From NCBI GenBank assembly GCA_964016885.1, contig CAXHJY010001256.1:34713-98712 (forward strand): a stretch of 64,000 nucleotides of DNA, read 5' to 3'. Under the pieces are notes generated by a model. That model was not told the DNA's origin, ran no database searches, and was given only the letters and a program-made list of their open reading frames with translations. The stretch is from Eledone cirrhosa. Taxonomy: Eukaryota. Made by a program: the position numbers and the translations under genes. Positions 1-10,578 of the stretch are shown here, in pieces (position 1 is the stretch's first letter; each line of letters begins with the position of its first letter).

Positions 1-47
1 TTGTTGTTAACATATGTTTAAACATTTTCCCATTCATTTCTTTCTAG

Positions 48-116
48 ATCAACTTTGAAGAAGTCAGATTTTATGAATCAAAGAAACAAAAAGTGGTTGT
101 AACTAATACTGGCCAG
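48..116 (+). CDS. OCRL: OCRL-like exon ([23 protein letters not shown])
   Basis: ttctag|ATC acceptor, CAG|gtga donor, 69 nt; start of the ASH domain. Confidence 0.88.
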
Positions 117-3100
117 GTGAAACTTTTTATCCTAATTTTTTCTTCCTTAACAACAATTGATAATTGTTTTTTTCTTTTTTTCTGGTGTATTTTTTCTGGT
201 TTATTTGAAATAAAATGATCCTTTCATTTCTTTTATTAGGGGCCAGTTGAATTTGAGTTCATAAAAAAATTAAATGGAAACAGTTATTGCAAACCATGGT
301 TAAAGATTACCCCATTCAAAGCATTTATTAAGCAAGGTAAGAACATTGTTTTGTCCTTTATTCTGTCTATATTACTTAGCTCTGAAAATCTTTTACTTTT
401 AATTAGAACTAGTTACATGATTTTTTTTCCATTTACAAAAGGCTTCTCCCTCAGAATGAAAGGCAGACTGTATGATGCATGTATCCGAACAGCGATGTTG
501 CATGGTAGTGAGACCTGGGCGCTGAAGGTGGAAGACTTACGTAGATTAGAGAGAAACAAAGCCTGCATGCTCCGATGGATGTGTAACAATAATATACGGG
601 AACGGCAAAGCATAAATGAATTGAGAGAGAGACTGAGCATAAGAGGAATCAAATGCTGTGTGCAGGAGAGGCGGTTGCGCTGGTATGGACATGTGATGCG
701 TATGAAGGATGACAGCTGTATAAAAAGGTGCAGAGCACTAGAAGTTGATGGAAACCGCGGAGTGGGGAGACCCAAGATGACCTGGGATGAGGTGATAAAA
801 GCCGACCTTACCCAATTACACCTCTCAAAGACAATGACACACGACCGTGACTTCTGGCGTCGCGCAGTAATACAGAGTTCCCGACCTCCCATGGGTACAA
901 GCTGAAGCATATAAACAATATGCCCCCACACCCCCCACCGCAAGGTGGTCGTGGAGGTGCCACAGCAAAAAAGCACCCAGCCCACACTGTAAAGTGGACG
1001 TGTAGGCGCCACGAAAAAGCACCCAGCACTCACTGTAAATGAGGTTGGTGTTAGGAAGGGCATCCAGCTGTAGAAATCAAGCCAGATCAGCTCCTGTATG
1101 AGCAAGGCATGGTCAGCCGACCAGACACTGCCCACAACAGGACAACCCGTCTAACCCATGCTAACGTGGAAGAACAGACGTAAAACGGTGATGATGATGA
1201 TGATGAGATAACTCGGTCAATCTCTCAACTGGCTCTTGTAAAATGGATTCAGTCTTCTATTCAGAAGGCTCTACTGTTAGATTGGTCACCCCACCATTCA
1301 TGAGGGGGAATTCATCTTCAATGTAGTCATGCCAAGGCCCTTCCTGGTATAAATGGCAAGATAGATTGTTGAAAAACATGGATTGGCATGAATAAGTCGG
1401 ATTATGAGCTAATATCGAGTTCTCCCATATGTAGTGTCCACTATTGGACTTGTGACTGGCTGACAAAAATCAGACATCCGTGATGGCCATGCATGTGCAA
1501 CCTCCATTCAAGATGTGAATTTACTGGTTGAAGCAGGCTTAACCCATCCTGATTGAACGCCAACATAAGTACATATAAAGGGAGTTAATTTATTTTTTAC
1601 TTAGATTACTTCTAACCTATATTACAACAATATATTCCTACCTCATCACTCTACAAAATATCAATTTTATTAAGTGCTTGCAAGATACTCCATTACTACC
1701 AACTTACTGAACAAAAGACCATTTGGTCAAATATTACTACAGCCATTGTGTAAATTATTTATATGTTTCTGCTACAAAATCTATATTTCTATGCCATTAT
1801 CTATTGAAAAGCTTTATGATAATGAGAATTTGTATATGAATTGACAAAGTGGATGTTTTTACAAGCTATTTGCCCTTCCTAAAACTTGCTACTTGAATAT
1901 GATTTCGACAGCTTGTCTCGCTGACGGAGCGACAGACTTGCCAAGCACTCACAGCACTTTACTAGCTGAACAATGTGATAGAAGACCAAAAAGCATCTCT
2001 TGCTTTCTAAAGAGGAGGCACATGGCTTAGTGGTTAGAGCATTGGCCTTGCAATCGAAAGGTTGTGAGTTCAATTCTCAGACCGGGTGATGTGTTGTTTC
2101 CTTGAGCAAGACACTTTATTTCACATTGCTCCAGTTTACTCAACTGTAGAAATGAGATGATAAGGACTGGGGTCCCTATCATTCCACTGCAAAGTGGTCG
2201 TGGAGGTGCCATGGCAAAAAAGCACCCAGCACTCACTGTAAATGAGGTTGGTGTTAGGAAGGGCATCCAGCTGTAGAAATCAAGCCAGAATCAGTTCCCG
2301 TCCCACCCTTGCAAGCAGGGAAAAAGCGGACGTAGAATGAAATGATGAACAATGGTCTAATAGCAGCACTGCGCGTCAGTGAGGACACTTTGAACAGACT
2401 CTTCTGGAAGGCTTTCAAGTCAAGAATTATGGACAATTTTCAAAAATCCTTGACATGACAGTGACCTTTTCCTTTACTTGATGTAAATCCCACTCTGTGT
2501 TGTTTTTGTCCTTGTATTGTCCCCAATGTCTTTGGACCCTCTTAGCCAATAAAAGAACCATTAATAATAATTGGCATGATTTTATTTGTATTGCAGGTGG
2601 TGTGCAGGAGGTGGAGTTAGAGGTGTATGTAGATGAAGATACTGTTTCTAAACTAAACAGTCTTAATGATAAAATTGAAGACATCTTGGTGCTACACCTT
2701 GTGGGTGGAAAAGATTGTTTTATATCCTTTTACTAGCTTTTATTGTTGAATATCATAAGATGATAACAATAAATGGAGTTTCATACTTCATATAGTATTT
2801 TGTTGTCATCTGTATGTTTTGGGTCAGCTATTTAAGTTTCTCTTTAAAATCATACAAATTAAACATTTTTATTGCTCTTATTTTAACTTATCCTTTTGAT
2901 ATGAATCTGCCCGATTCTATGATACAAAGATGTTTATTTTAAAGTGTTCATATTTAAATTTAAACCTTCCTTCATATTTCTATATAAGAAATTTTCGTCA
3001 ACTTATAAAAAAGTTAAGTGTATTACAAACTCCTGCTTCCTCAAATTCTTGACTATATTGAGAATCAATAGAAAATCATAAGCAGTTTGTTTTTTCTTTA

Positions 3101-6100
3101 TTAGAAATATAGTAGTAAAGTAATTCAAGCTCTCTTTTGTCATGGTTAACCATGTGTTTACACCTGGAAAATTCCTCTTCAAGGTACAAGCCTGGGCAAG
3201 GTGTTTTGTGGAAGAACAGCTATTAGTAATGTAAGCAAGTCTCCTTCCTTATCTTATGTTGGTTTACTAAGAAGTGAAATATGTTAAAATGACATTAAAC
3301 CTGGATGTTAGGTTCACACCATGTCTCTTTCTCATTGTCCTGGCCCCAAAAAAATGTCAATCTAAACTGCTTTGCACTATATATTTTATTTACAGTTTTG
3401 GGGAAACTTTTTTTCTTAACCTATGTACATCACAGTATCAGGTAATTTCATTCCAACCAGTTTTGGATCATCAATAGAAGCTCTTATTCAAATGCAGCAA
3501 CCAATCCGAGAAGTGCCTGTGGCCCAACTAGTAGATTTGGTAAGTGATGTCATTTTCTTTTGTTTTTTGTATGAAAAGGAGGGTGGTCTCAACTTTCTCC
3601 ATTCTGTTTAGGAATCATCATCATTTTATGTCTGCTTCTTTCACTGGCATAGTTTGAACGGGTTGTCATGTCTGAGACTAGATGGGTCAAAGTAACCTCA
3701 TCTTGATCATAGGTTCAGTATTTGACATGGTTTTTATGGCTTGAGTCTCCTCCTAATGCCAACCATCATATTGGGTATGTTTTGTTATTTTTGTAACACC
3801 AACAGAGGTTGTCACATATTTGTCCAGATTGAAGTCTTGAGACATCCAATGCCTTAAAGTGGTGGTAAGGCATTGACAAAGTTAGCTCCAGAATCATCAG
3901 TCAACCATTATATATATATACACACACACAGACACATCACTGCTTGCTTTAAATGATGTTGATATGAACATGCACACATTTATATATGATGGGCTTCCTC
4001 ATAGTTTCTGTCTTCCAAATTCACTCACATGGCATTGGGTAACCTTCGGCTATATTAGAAAACATTTGCCCAAGGTGCCACGCAGTATGATTGAATCCAA
4101 AACCAAGTGATGGCAGTATCGGTAGAGGGTCAGACGCCATGCTTTCCAGCATAGTTACGTCCCTTTACGGTCTGAGTTCAAATCCCGTCAAGGTTAACTT
4201 TACCTTTCATCCTTACGGGGTCAATAAAATAAAGTACCAGTAATGCACTGTGTAATTGCTGGCCTTGTACCAAAAGTAGAAACAATTATTATTAAACTTT
4301 TTTAAGGCAGTGGATTGGCAGACACCTTGCTTTGTAACCTAGAGTTATGGCCCTTTACGTTCTGAGTTCAAATCCCGCCGAGGTTAACTTTGCCTTTCAT
4401 CCTTATGGGGTCGATAAAATAAAGTACCAGTAATGCACTGGGATAATTGCTGGCTTTGTGCCAAAAATAGAAAATCATTAAACTTTTTTTCTTTTGTTAT
4501 TCAGGAACAGCCAGGTAGTTTAAAGGATGTTGACATTGCTGTAACAGGAGGTCGGTTATACGCAGTACCGAAGGAAATTTGGCGTTTGATTGATCATTTA
4601 TTTAAATACGGTCGAACACAGGTAAGAAACAGCTTGATTTTTCTTTTCTATCTTGCTACTTCTATAGAAATTCAGTGGCTATGGGGTTAATGTATTAACT
4701 CTTAACACCCTGTAATGATTAACCCAGGTATTTCAAACAATGGGCTGTATTGAATTTCTAAAAATCTTCCACTACTAAAAAATAAGGCAACTTTGAAATT
4801 AGGCAGGCCATTCAGAAAGCCAAACAGGCCACATGCAGCTCATAGACTGCAATTTGTTTGTTGATTAGATTAACACTTTTGATACAATCTGCCTGAAAAC
4901 AGTTTTGTTTCTATAACATAAACACTTTAAAATATGCAATTTTATCTTCATCAAAGTGTGCTCGCTTCATTTCTCTCTACATTCACCTTTTGTTATCAAC
5001 TCAGGTGCAACTCCATGAACTTTTTCCATCCTGTTGTTATTCTAGCTACTATGCTTTTAGAACAGCCTCTTCCACTGCTAATTAGATCACTTAGGTAACA
5101 GAAGCTATCAACAATTTCTGTGGATCCTTCCTGTGATTGGAAAAAAAAGTTTATTTCATTAATACTCCTACTATTAACTATCCTTTTCTGTTAGTCTGCC
5201 TGCAATCACACACTTCTTGTGTACCTAAGAATTACATTGTCTACAATTTTGTGTAGCTCTCCATCAATGTTAAAGGTTAAATTGTTCATTAGTTTTGTCT
5301 GTCTTACTTTGCTCTAGATTTCAATCCTTTATTTCTAACTTACTTTGTACTGACTTCCATCATTTGGCATGCCAACCCCTTTTGTTTTAACATTTGTGAA
5401 TTTTTTCTTCAAGCTTATTCCTCATTTCAATGTCTTTATGTGTACTGGGTGCATTTACTATGTCACCAACACTCATCATCACCATTCAATGTCTGTTTTC
5501 TATGCTTGCATGGATTAGACAGGTGAAGCTAAGCTGGTTAGGTGACTACGTCCTACTTGTACATCCTTCCTAACACCAACCACTTTTCAATATGCACTGT
5601 AAGCATTAATCATGTCACCAACACTATATGTATATAAATTTCTCACAACCTGTGGTGAATTTATGACAAATACATGATGTAATAAACATTTTTTCTATTA
5701 CAGGAAGACCTTTTCAAACAAGAAGGCCTCAACACTGAAATTTACCAAATTCGGGACTGTCTTGACAGTGGTGCTCCTGAAAAGATTCATATCCTTTTGA
5801 TGCATCAATCCGAACCTCTTTCTACCAAATGTTTATTGATTAGAATATGGTATTGCCTATCCATACAGTAGATGTATTGTGATTGATGGCTTAAAGATAG
5901 TAGACTACTAAACTGGAAACTTTCATTTTATGAGAAGCACTAAATTATAATCCTTAGAGCAGGATCTCCAAAGTGGTCAATATCAACCTGCAAGTGTCAA
6001 TGAGACAACTTGGTGGGAAGCAGAATTGAACTTTTGAGGCAAAAACCTGATATTTGTGTAAGAAATGAAAATACATAAAATAATACAAAAAAACACACAG

Positions 6101-6619
6101 TCCACGCTGTAATGTGGCCGTGTAGGTAACACGGTAAAAACCTCCCAGTCCACACTGTAAACGTGGTTGGTGTTAGGAAGGGCATCCAGCCGTAGAAAAC
6201 CTGCCAGACAGTCCTATACGAGCAAGACAACCAATCTTGCCTCAAGTGGGAAAATTCCCGTCCAAACCCATGCTAGCATGGAAGATGGACGTTAAACGAT
6301 GATGAATACAACTTGCTTATACGAGTTTCTGATTTGTATAGAATTAGTCTTTCATATTCTGTTTACTGTTTTATAATGTGAAAGTACATGGTTTCATGGT
6401 TAGGGTGTTTGAATCCTGGTGGTATGTTGTGTCCTTGAGCAAGACACTTTATTTTACATTGTTCCAGTCCATTGTGTTGTACCTGTAATTTGAAGGGCTA
6501 TCCTTATCACACTGTGTCATGTTGAAATGCCCAGGGAATTACGTTAAAGGTGCACATGTTAAGTTCATTAGCAGGCAGATCTGTTCAAACTGGAACACTT
6601 GTCATAACTGACAGAAGTC

Positions 6620-6658
<39 letters not shown>

Positions 6659-9600
6659 AGTGATTTCTGTACACTGAAATGGTTAAATATTTCCTTGACT
6701 GCTATGTAGCTGGTGGCATCCATTCTGTAACCAGTGCTCTGATATTGTTCCTCAGATGTCTACCAGAACCTGTGATTCCATGTAATGTTTACCAAGAATG
6801 CCTTCAATTCAGCAACAACTATAATTATTCTCGACAAGTAAGACATTTTTCTTTCAAAATGTGTAACTTATTGAATGTTTTTGTCTTAATTCTTGTTAAA
6901 GTAGTTTTATTTACATGTATAAGTATGTGTGTGAGAGAGAGATGTTTATGATTTCATAAATTTCTTTATAAAATAACATACCAGTCACAAACTAGGTTCG
7001 ATATAATTGACTTTCCCCTACACCCAAAATTGTTGACCTTGTGTCAAAGTTAGAAACCATTGTTATTTATTTCAGTTAATATTTAAGGAAGTGTATTCAT
7101 TGCAGAATCATTAGAATGTTGGATTAAATTACTTGGCATTTCTTTAGGCTCAGTGTGCTCTGAGGTCAAATTCTGCTGATGTCAAACTTTGCCTTTCTCT
7201 CTTTCAGGATTGATAAATAAGATACCAGTCCAGGTAGTACTGGTTTGGTGGAATTGTTAAAGATTTCAAAAAGATGTATCTGATCCCACTTCTTTCTGCC
7301 AGAGGTTACAACTAACACATAGTACCAGCTCCTTTCACTTGTTGTAAACTATTGTAGAATAGATCATTAAGCTGAACTTTTGAAGCAAGATTGTTGTTAT
7401 AGCAGATTAAGTGACATAACTAGCCTTGCAGTGTGCAAGTCATTTCCCTGCCACATCGTTTTGAAACGAAACTTTGACATAGAAAAGTCCTCTCACTAAT
7501 GAAGTTATAAATTTGAATTTATACTGTGTTTAGAAATGTCTTATTTTATTTGCATTTAAATGCGTAGAGGAAATAAACAAAGATTGAGTAGTGAGTGCTC
7601 TTTTGACTGATAACATGTGGCTTAGTGGTTAAGGTGTTGGTCTCGCAATCATAAGGTTGGGGGTTAGATTCCTGGACCAGATGCACATTGTGTTCTTGAG
7701 TAAAACGAATTTCATGTTGCTCCAATCCACTCAGCTGAAAAAATAAGTACATGCAATGGCTGGAGGCTAATCGCTACAATGGACTGGTAGCTTTTCATGA
7801 AAACACACTAGAAAGCTCCTACGAGATGCAACTTTGTAGGAGGCCAGCTAAACCTACATTGGTGCCATGTACACAGTACACTCTATAAAGGGGTTGGTGA
7901 ACAAGTGGAGGTAACATAAACTTCCTAGTGTTGGTGGCAAAAAATGCACCCAACATTCTGTAAAGGGATTGATATTTCCAAGGGTATCCAGTCATAGAAA
8001 CTGTATCAAAAAGGGAACGTTCAATGAGATGCAGGTTCTTCAACCTACCAAGAAGGCTGATAACTGAATAAAAATTGGTTTGGGCCAATGACAATTCATC
8101 CAACCCATGCCAGCTTGGAAAATGGACATAAGATAATATAAATACACAGATGATTCTAGAAGGCAAAAAAACGAAGAATTTTATGACAACAGAAGTCAAG
8201 CTAATTAATACTATGGTCATACCCAACCTGAAGTATTAATCAAACCTGAACTGACAAAAATAAAAAAAGCAGGCAGGCATTTTAGAACATTTCTCTTTCT
8301 CTAGTTTTGTGTTACATGAAATCTAGACGGACATTTTTGACAGACTAGCATTCCTGTGACAAACTGACAAAAATCCTGTACAGTGATAATATAGATTAAT
8401 TTTCTTATCAGGTTCTCAGTTCAATTCCTGAACATAATCGGACCGTCTTCAAATACATCTGTGCATTCCTACGAGCACTCTTAGAACATTCTGAAGCTAA
8501 TAATTTGGATCCCAAAACTCTTGGTAAGAAATAGTTTCTTTCATTCTTCTTCATACTTTCCCATATATCTGAAAATATACTGACAGTTTAGCGTAGGCTC
8601 CTGCTTCAACAATGCCCTGTCAGAAAAGAACACTACCACAGTAGTAAGGGTTGGCATGAATACCAAATTGAAGATAGCGAGTTTGGCTTTTACAACTACC
8701 TTCCTTCTGATTAGTGAATGCTGAAGCTGGCAAATTACTGCACCAGCTCCTGCAATTCTTGCACTTAATTCAGCCACTTGTATCATCACTCGTGAACATG
8801 GCCCTGAGATACTACTTCTCCAGAACTCCATTCACATATAGTGTTCATTATAAATATGCTGCTTGAAATTATACCAAAGCATTATATAGCTTTTATATTA
8901 TAGAAGGCTTATAACTCAAAATTATGATCACATGCTTCAAACTGCCCTGGATTTATAATACAAAACAGCATAATTTTGAAATGTTTATCCTTATATTGAA
9001 ACCTTTTATAATTTTATTTTAGAAAGGTTTAGGTTCTAAACATTAGCTTACTAATGAAAAACTTATTTTATCAAATCCTTCCAAATTTTTTAAATCATAG
9101 GTAGTGTCTTTCATTAAAAATAAAGTAAGAAATAGATTTATCATGTATCACATGATAAATCTACGTTTGTCATAACATAGATTTATCATGTATCACATGA
9201 AGCACGTCTCTAAAATTGTCAAGAGGGCCGAGGGTGTCTTAGCATCACTCAGCAAGACCTTTGTCAGCCGCTCTCCAGATTAGCATCACTCAGCCGCTCT
9301 CCAGATATCTATTTAAGGCTGTACATGGCTATGGTGCGACCACACTTAGAATTTGCATCACCAGGCTGGAACCCCTATCTTGCTCAGAACATTGACCGCC
9401 TGGAAACTGTTCAGAGACGTGCAACCAAGCGAATACCCTTCATGAGGCATCTACCATACTCTGAGCGCCTTGCTTCCCTGGGCATGGATACATTGAAGCT
9501 CCGACGCCTGGCAACTGACTTGGTAACCACCCACAAAACTGTTAATCATGTTGCCAACAACAACCCTGAGTACCTTTTTGATTTCCATATGTCTAACACA

Positions 9601-10053
9601 CGTGGACATGCCCACAAAGTAAGAAAACAGCATAGTTCCCATGACTTTCGGAAACATTTTTTCACGCTCAGAGTTGCTGAAGCATGGAACAAACTACCTG
9701 CATGAGTTTGTTAGCTGTCGAGACACTGCATCCTTTAAGGCCTCCATGCTTCCCGAGATCCGCCAACACATACACACATGTACTTCCCTGACATTTGTGT
9801 ATTATTCTATGTACTATACATACACCTTTGACGAGTTGTAGTGCACCTGAGCACTTTACACAATAATTTCATTATTATTATTATTATAAAACTGTTATGA
9901 CAGTCCTGAATAAATGACGCTCTTCTATTTCCAGCTTCAATATTTGGCCATTTATTCTTACGTCCAAGCAACTCCAAGAGGAATGCTCAAGATGACACAG
10001 CAAAGAAAGCATTATTTGTATTCCACTTCCTTGTTAATGAATATGATGAATGA
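48..10053 (+). CDS. OCRL: 3' part (9 coding exons) of inositol polyphosphate 5-phosphatase OCRL/INPP5B: ASH and RhoGAP-like domains; 5' exons lie upstream of the window
   Basis: Exons 48-116, 240-336, 2597-2721, 3429-3539, 4505-4621, 5704-5788, 6710-6837, 8412-8523, 9935-10053 splice in consistent phase. Product includes [23 protein letters not shown]|[46 protein letters not shown] and ends FLVNEYDE*, matching the recalled human OCRL C-terminus. Acidic end without CaaX favours OCRL over INPP5B. Confidence 0.93.
240..336 (+). CDS. OCRL: OCRL-like exon ([32 protein letters not shown])
   Basis: tattag|GGG acceptor, CAAG|gtaag donor, YCKPWL motif. Confidence 0.92.
436..1206 (+). mobile_element. 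5'-truncated RTE LINE (subfamily A) in an OCRL intron
   Basis: Near-identical to 18936-19693; encodes MLHGSETW...RRLRWYGHV...GRPK; (GAT)n tail. Confidence 0.93.
2017..2348 (+). mobile_element. tRNA-derived SINE (family A) with RTE-derived 3' tail
   Basis: A box TGGCTTAGTGG, B box GAGTTCAATTC, core CCTTGAGCAAGACACTT, then 2184-2348 matches the RTE 3' UTR. Related copies near 6385, 7615, 32200-32360(-), 37960-38155(-). Confidence 0.82.
2597..2721 (+). CDS. OCRL: OCRL-like exon ([12 protein letters not shown]...[17 protein letters not shown])
   Basis: ttgcag|GT acceptor; ends at U12 donor ATATCCTTT. Confidence 0.92.
2722..3428 (+). other. U12-type AT-AC intron
   Basis: 5' ATATCCTTTT, branch TTTTCTTAAC (3411-3420), 3' end TGTAC; joins KDCF|ITVSGN in frame. 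Confidence 0.9.
3429..3539 (+). CDS. OCRL: OCRL-like exon ([37 protein letters not shown])
   Basis: Follows AC acceptor; TTG|gtaagt donor; 111 nt. Confidence 0.92.
4112..4480 (+). mobile_element. Two tandem copies of a second tRNA-like SINE (family B)
   Basis: Both carry GAGTTCAAATCCCG...CCTTTCATCCTTA.GGGGTC.ATAAAATAAAGTACCAG; decayed copies near 7090-7240, 10790-10980, 11170-11290. Confidence 0.78.
4505..4621 (+). CDS. OCRL: OCRL-like exon (EQPGSL...[19 protein letters not shown])
   Basis: ttcag|GAA acceptor, CAG|gtaag donor; start of RhoGAP-like domain. Confidence 0.93.
5704..5788 (+). CDS. OCRL: OCRL-like exon ([28 protein letters not shown])
   Basis: ttacag|GAA acceptor; ends at U12 donor ATATCCTTT in phase 1. 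Confidence 0.9.
6087..6305 (+). mobile_element. 3' tail fragment of RTE subfamily B
   Basis: Matches 62800-63140; ends GACGTTAAACGATGATGA. Confidence 0.85.
6622..6657. repeat. (CA)n microsatellite
   Basis: Perfect CA run just upstream of the U12 branch point. Confidence 0.95.
6710..6837 (+). CDS. OCRL: OCRL-like exon ([23 protein letters not shown]...NYSRQ)
   Basis: LPEPVI RhoGAP motif; CAA|gtaag donor. Confidence 0.92.
8412..8523 (+). CDS. OCRL: OCRL-like exon ([37 protein letters not shown])
   Basis: tatcag|GTT acceptor, G|gtaag donor. Confidence 0.92.
9200..9887 (+). mobile_element. 5'-truncated CR1-clade LINE
   Basis: VRPHLEFA...[13 protein letters not shown]...NTRGH...[14 protein letters not shown]; (ATT)n tail; paralogs at 24026-24942 and 44900-45430. 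Confidence 0.88.
9935..10053 (+). CDS. OCRL: OCRL-like terminal coding exon ([10 protein letters not shown]...[10 protein letters not shown])
   Basis: ttccag|CT acceptor; TGA stop at 10051-10053. Confidence 0.92.
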
Positions 10054-10542
10054 ACACCATGACAGCAAGATCATCACCGTGCCTTTTTTTTTTTTTTTTA
10101 AGTAGTATATTATCATTCTCATTGTGGCAGGTGAAGTGTAGTGTCAAGGTAGCGGTGATCTAAGTTTACATTTCACAATTGGAACACACCTTTGGGAAAG
10201 GTTTCAGCATCACAACTTCTTTCCCTTAAACTATAATTTTAAAACTTGATACCTATGTAAAAAGTTTATATTATCTTCAATTTTTGAAGAGGCGCAATGC
10301 CCAAATCTTTAAAATATCAAACTACTAGCACCCAATTCATATCCCACAGCAAGACACATAAATCTGCTTGCTTAGGATTTCATGCTTATATAAGAAATCA
10401 TTGCCATCCACATCATCATCACCACCATATCATCCTTTGAGGGCTTTCATAAACAATGTTGTGAGAATTTTTTTTTTAATCAGTTATTTGGCCATGGTCA
10501 ATGATCAGAAACAATTAACCTGTGAAAAGGACGTTTGTTTTT

Positions 10543-10578
<36 letters not shown>

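Larger units (their letters stand above)
5789..6709 (+). other. U12-type intron with non-canonical AT-AG termini
   Basis: 5' ATATCCTTTT, branch TTCCTTGAC (6691-6699), 3' end TGTAG; C|CT gives Pro in KIP-GGIHSV. Confidence 0.82.

Noticed and set aside
351-435. Hydrophobic N-terminus of ORF 351-905 as a signal peptide fused to RT
   Set aside because: Intronic sequence that happens to be in frame with a truncated LINE
2017-2085. tRNA gene
   Set aside because: A and B boxes present but no full cloverleaf; continues into SINE body
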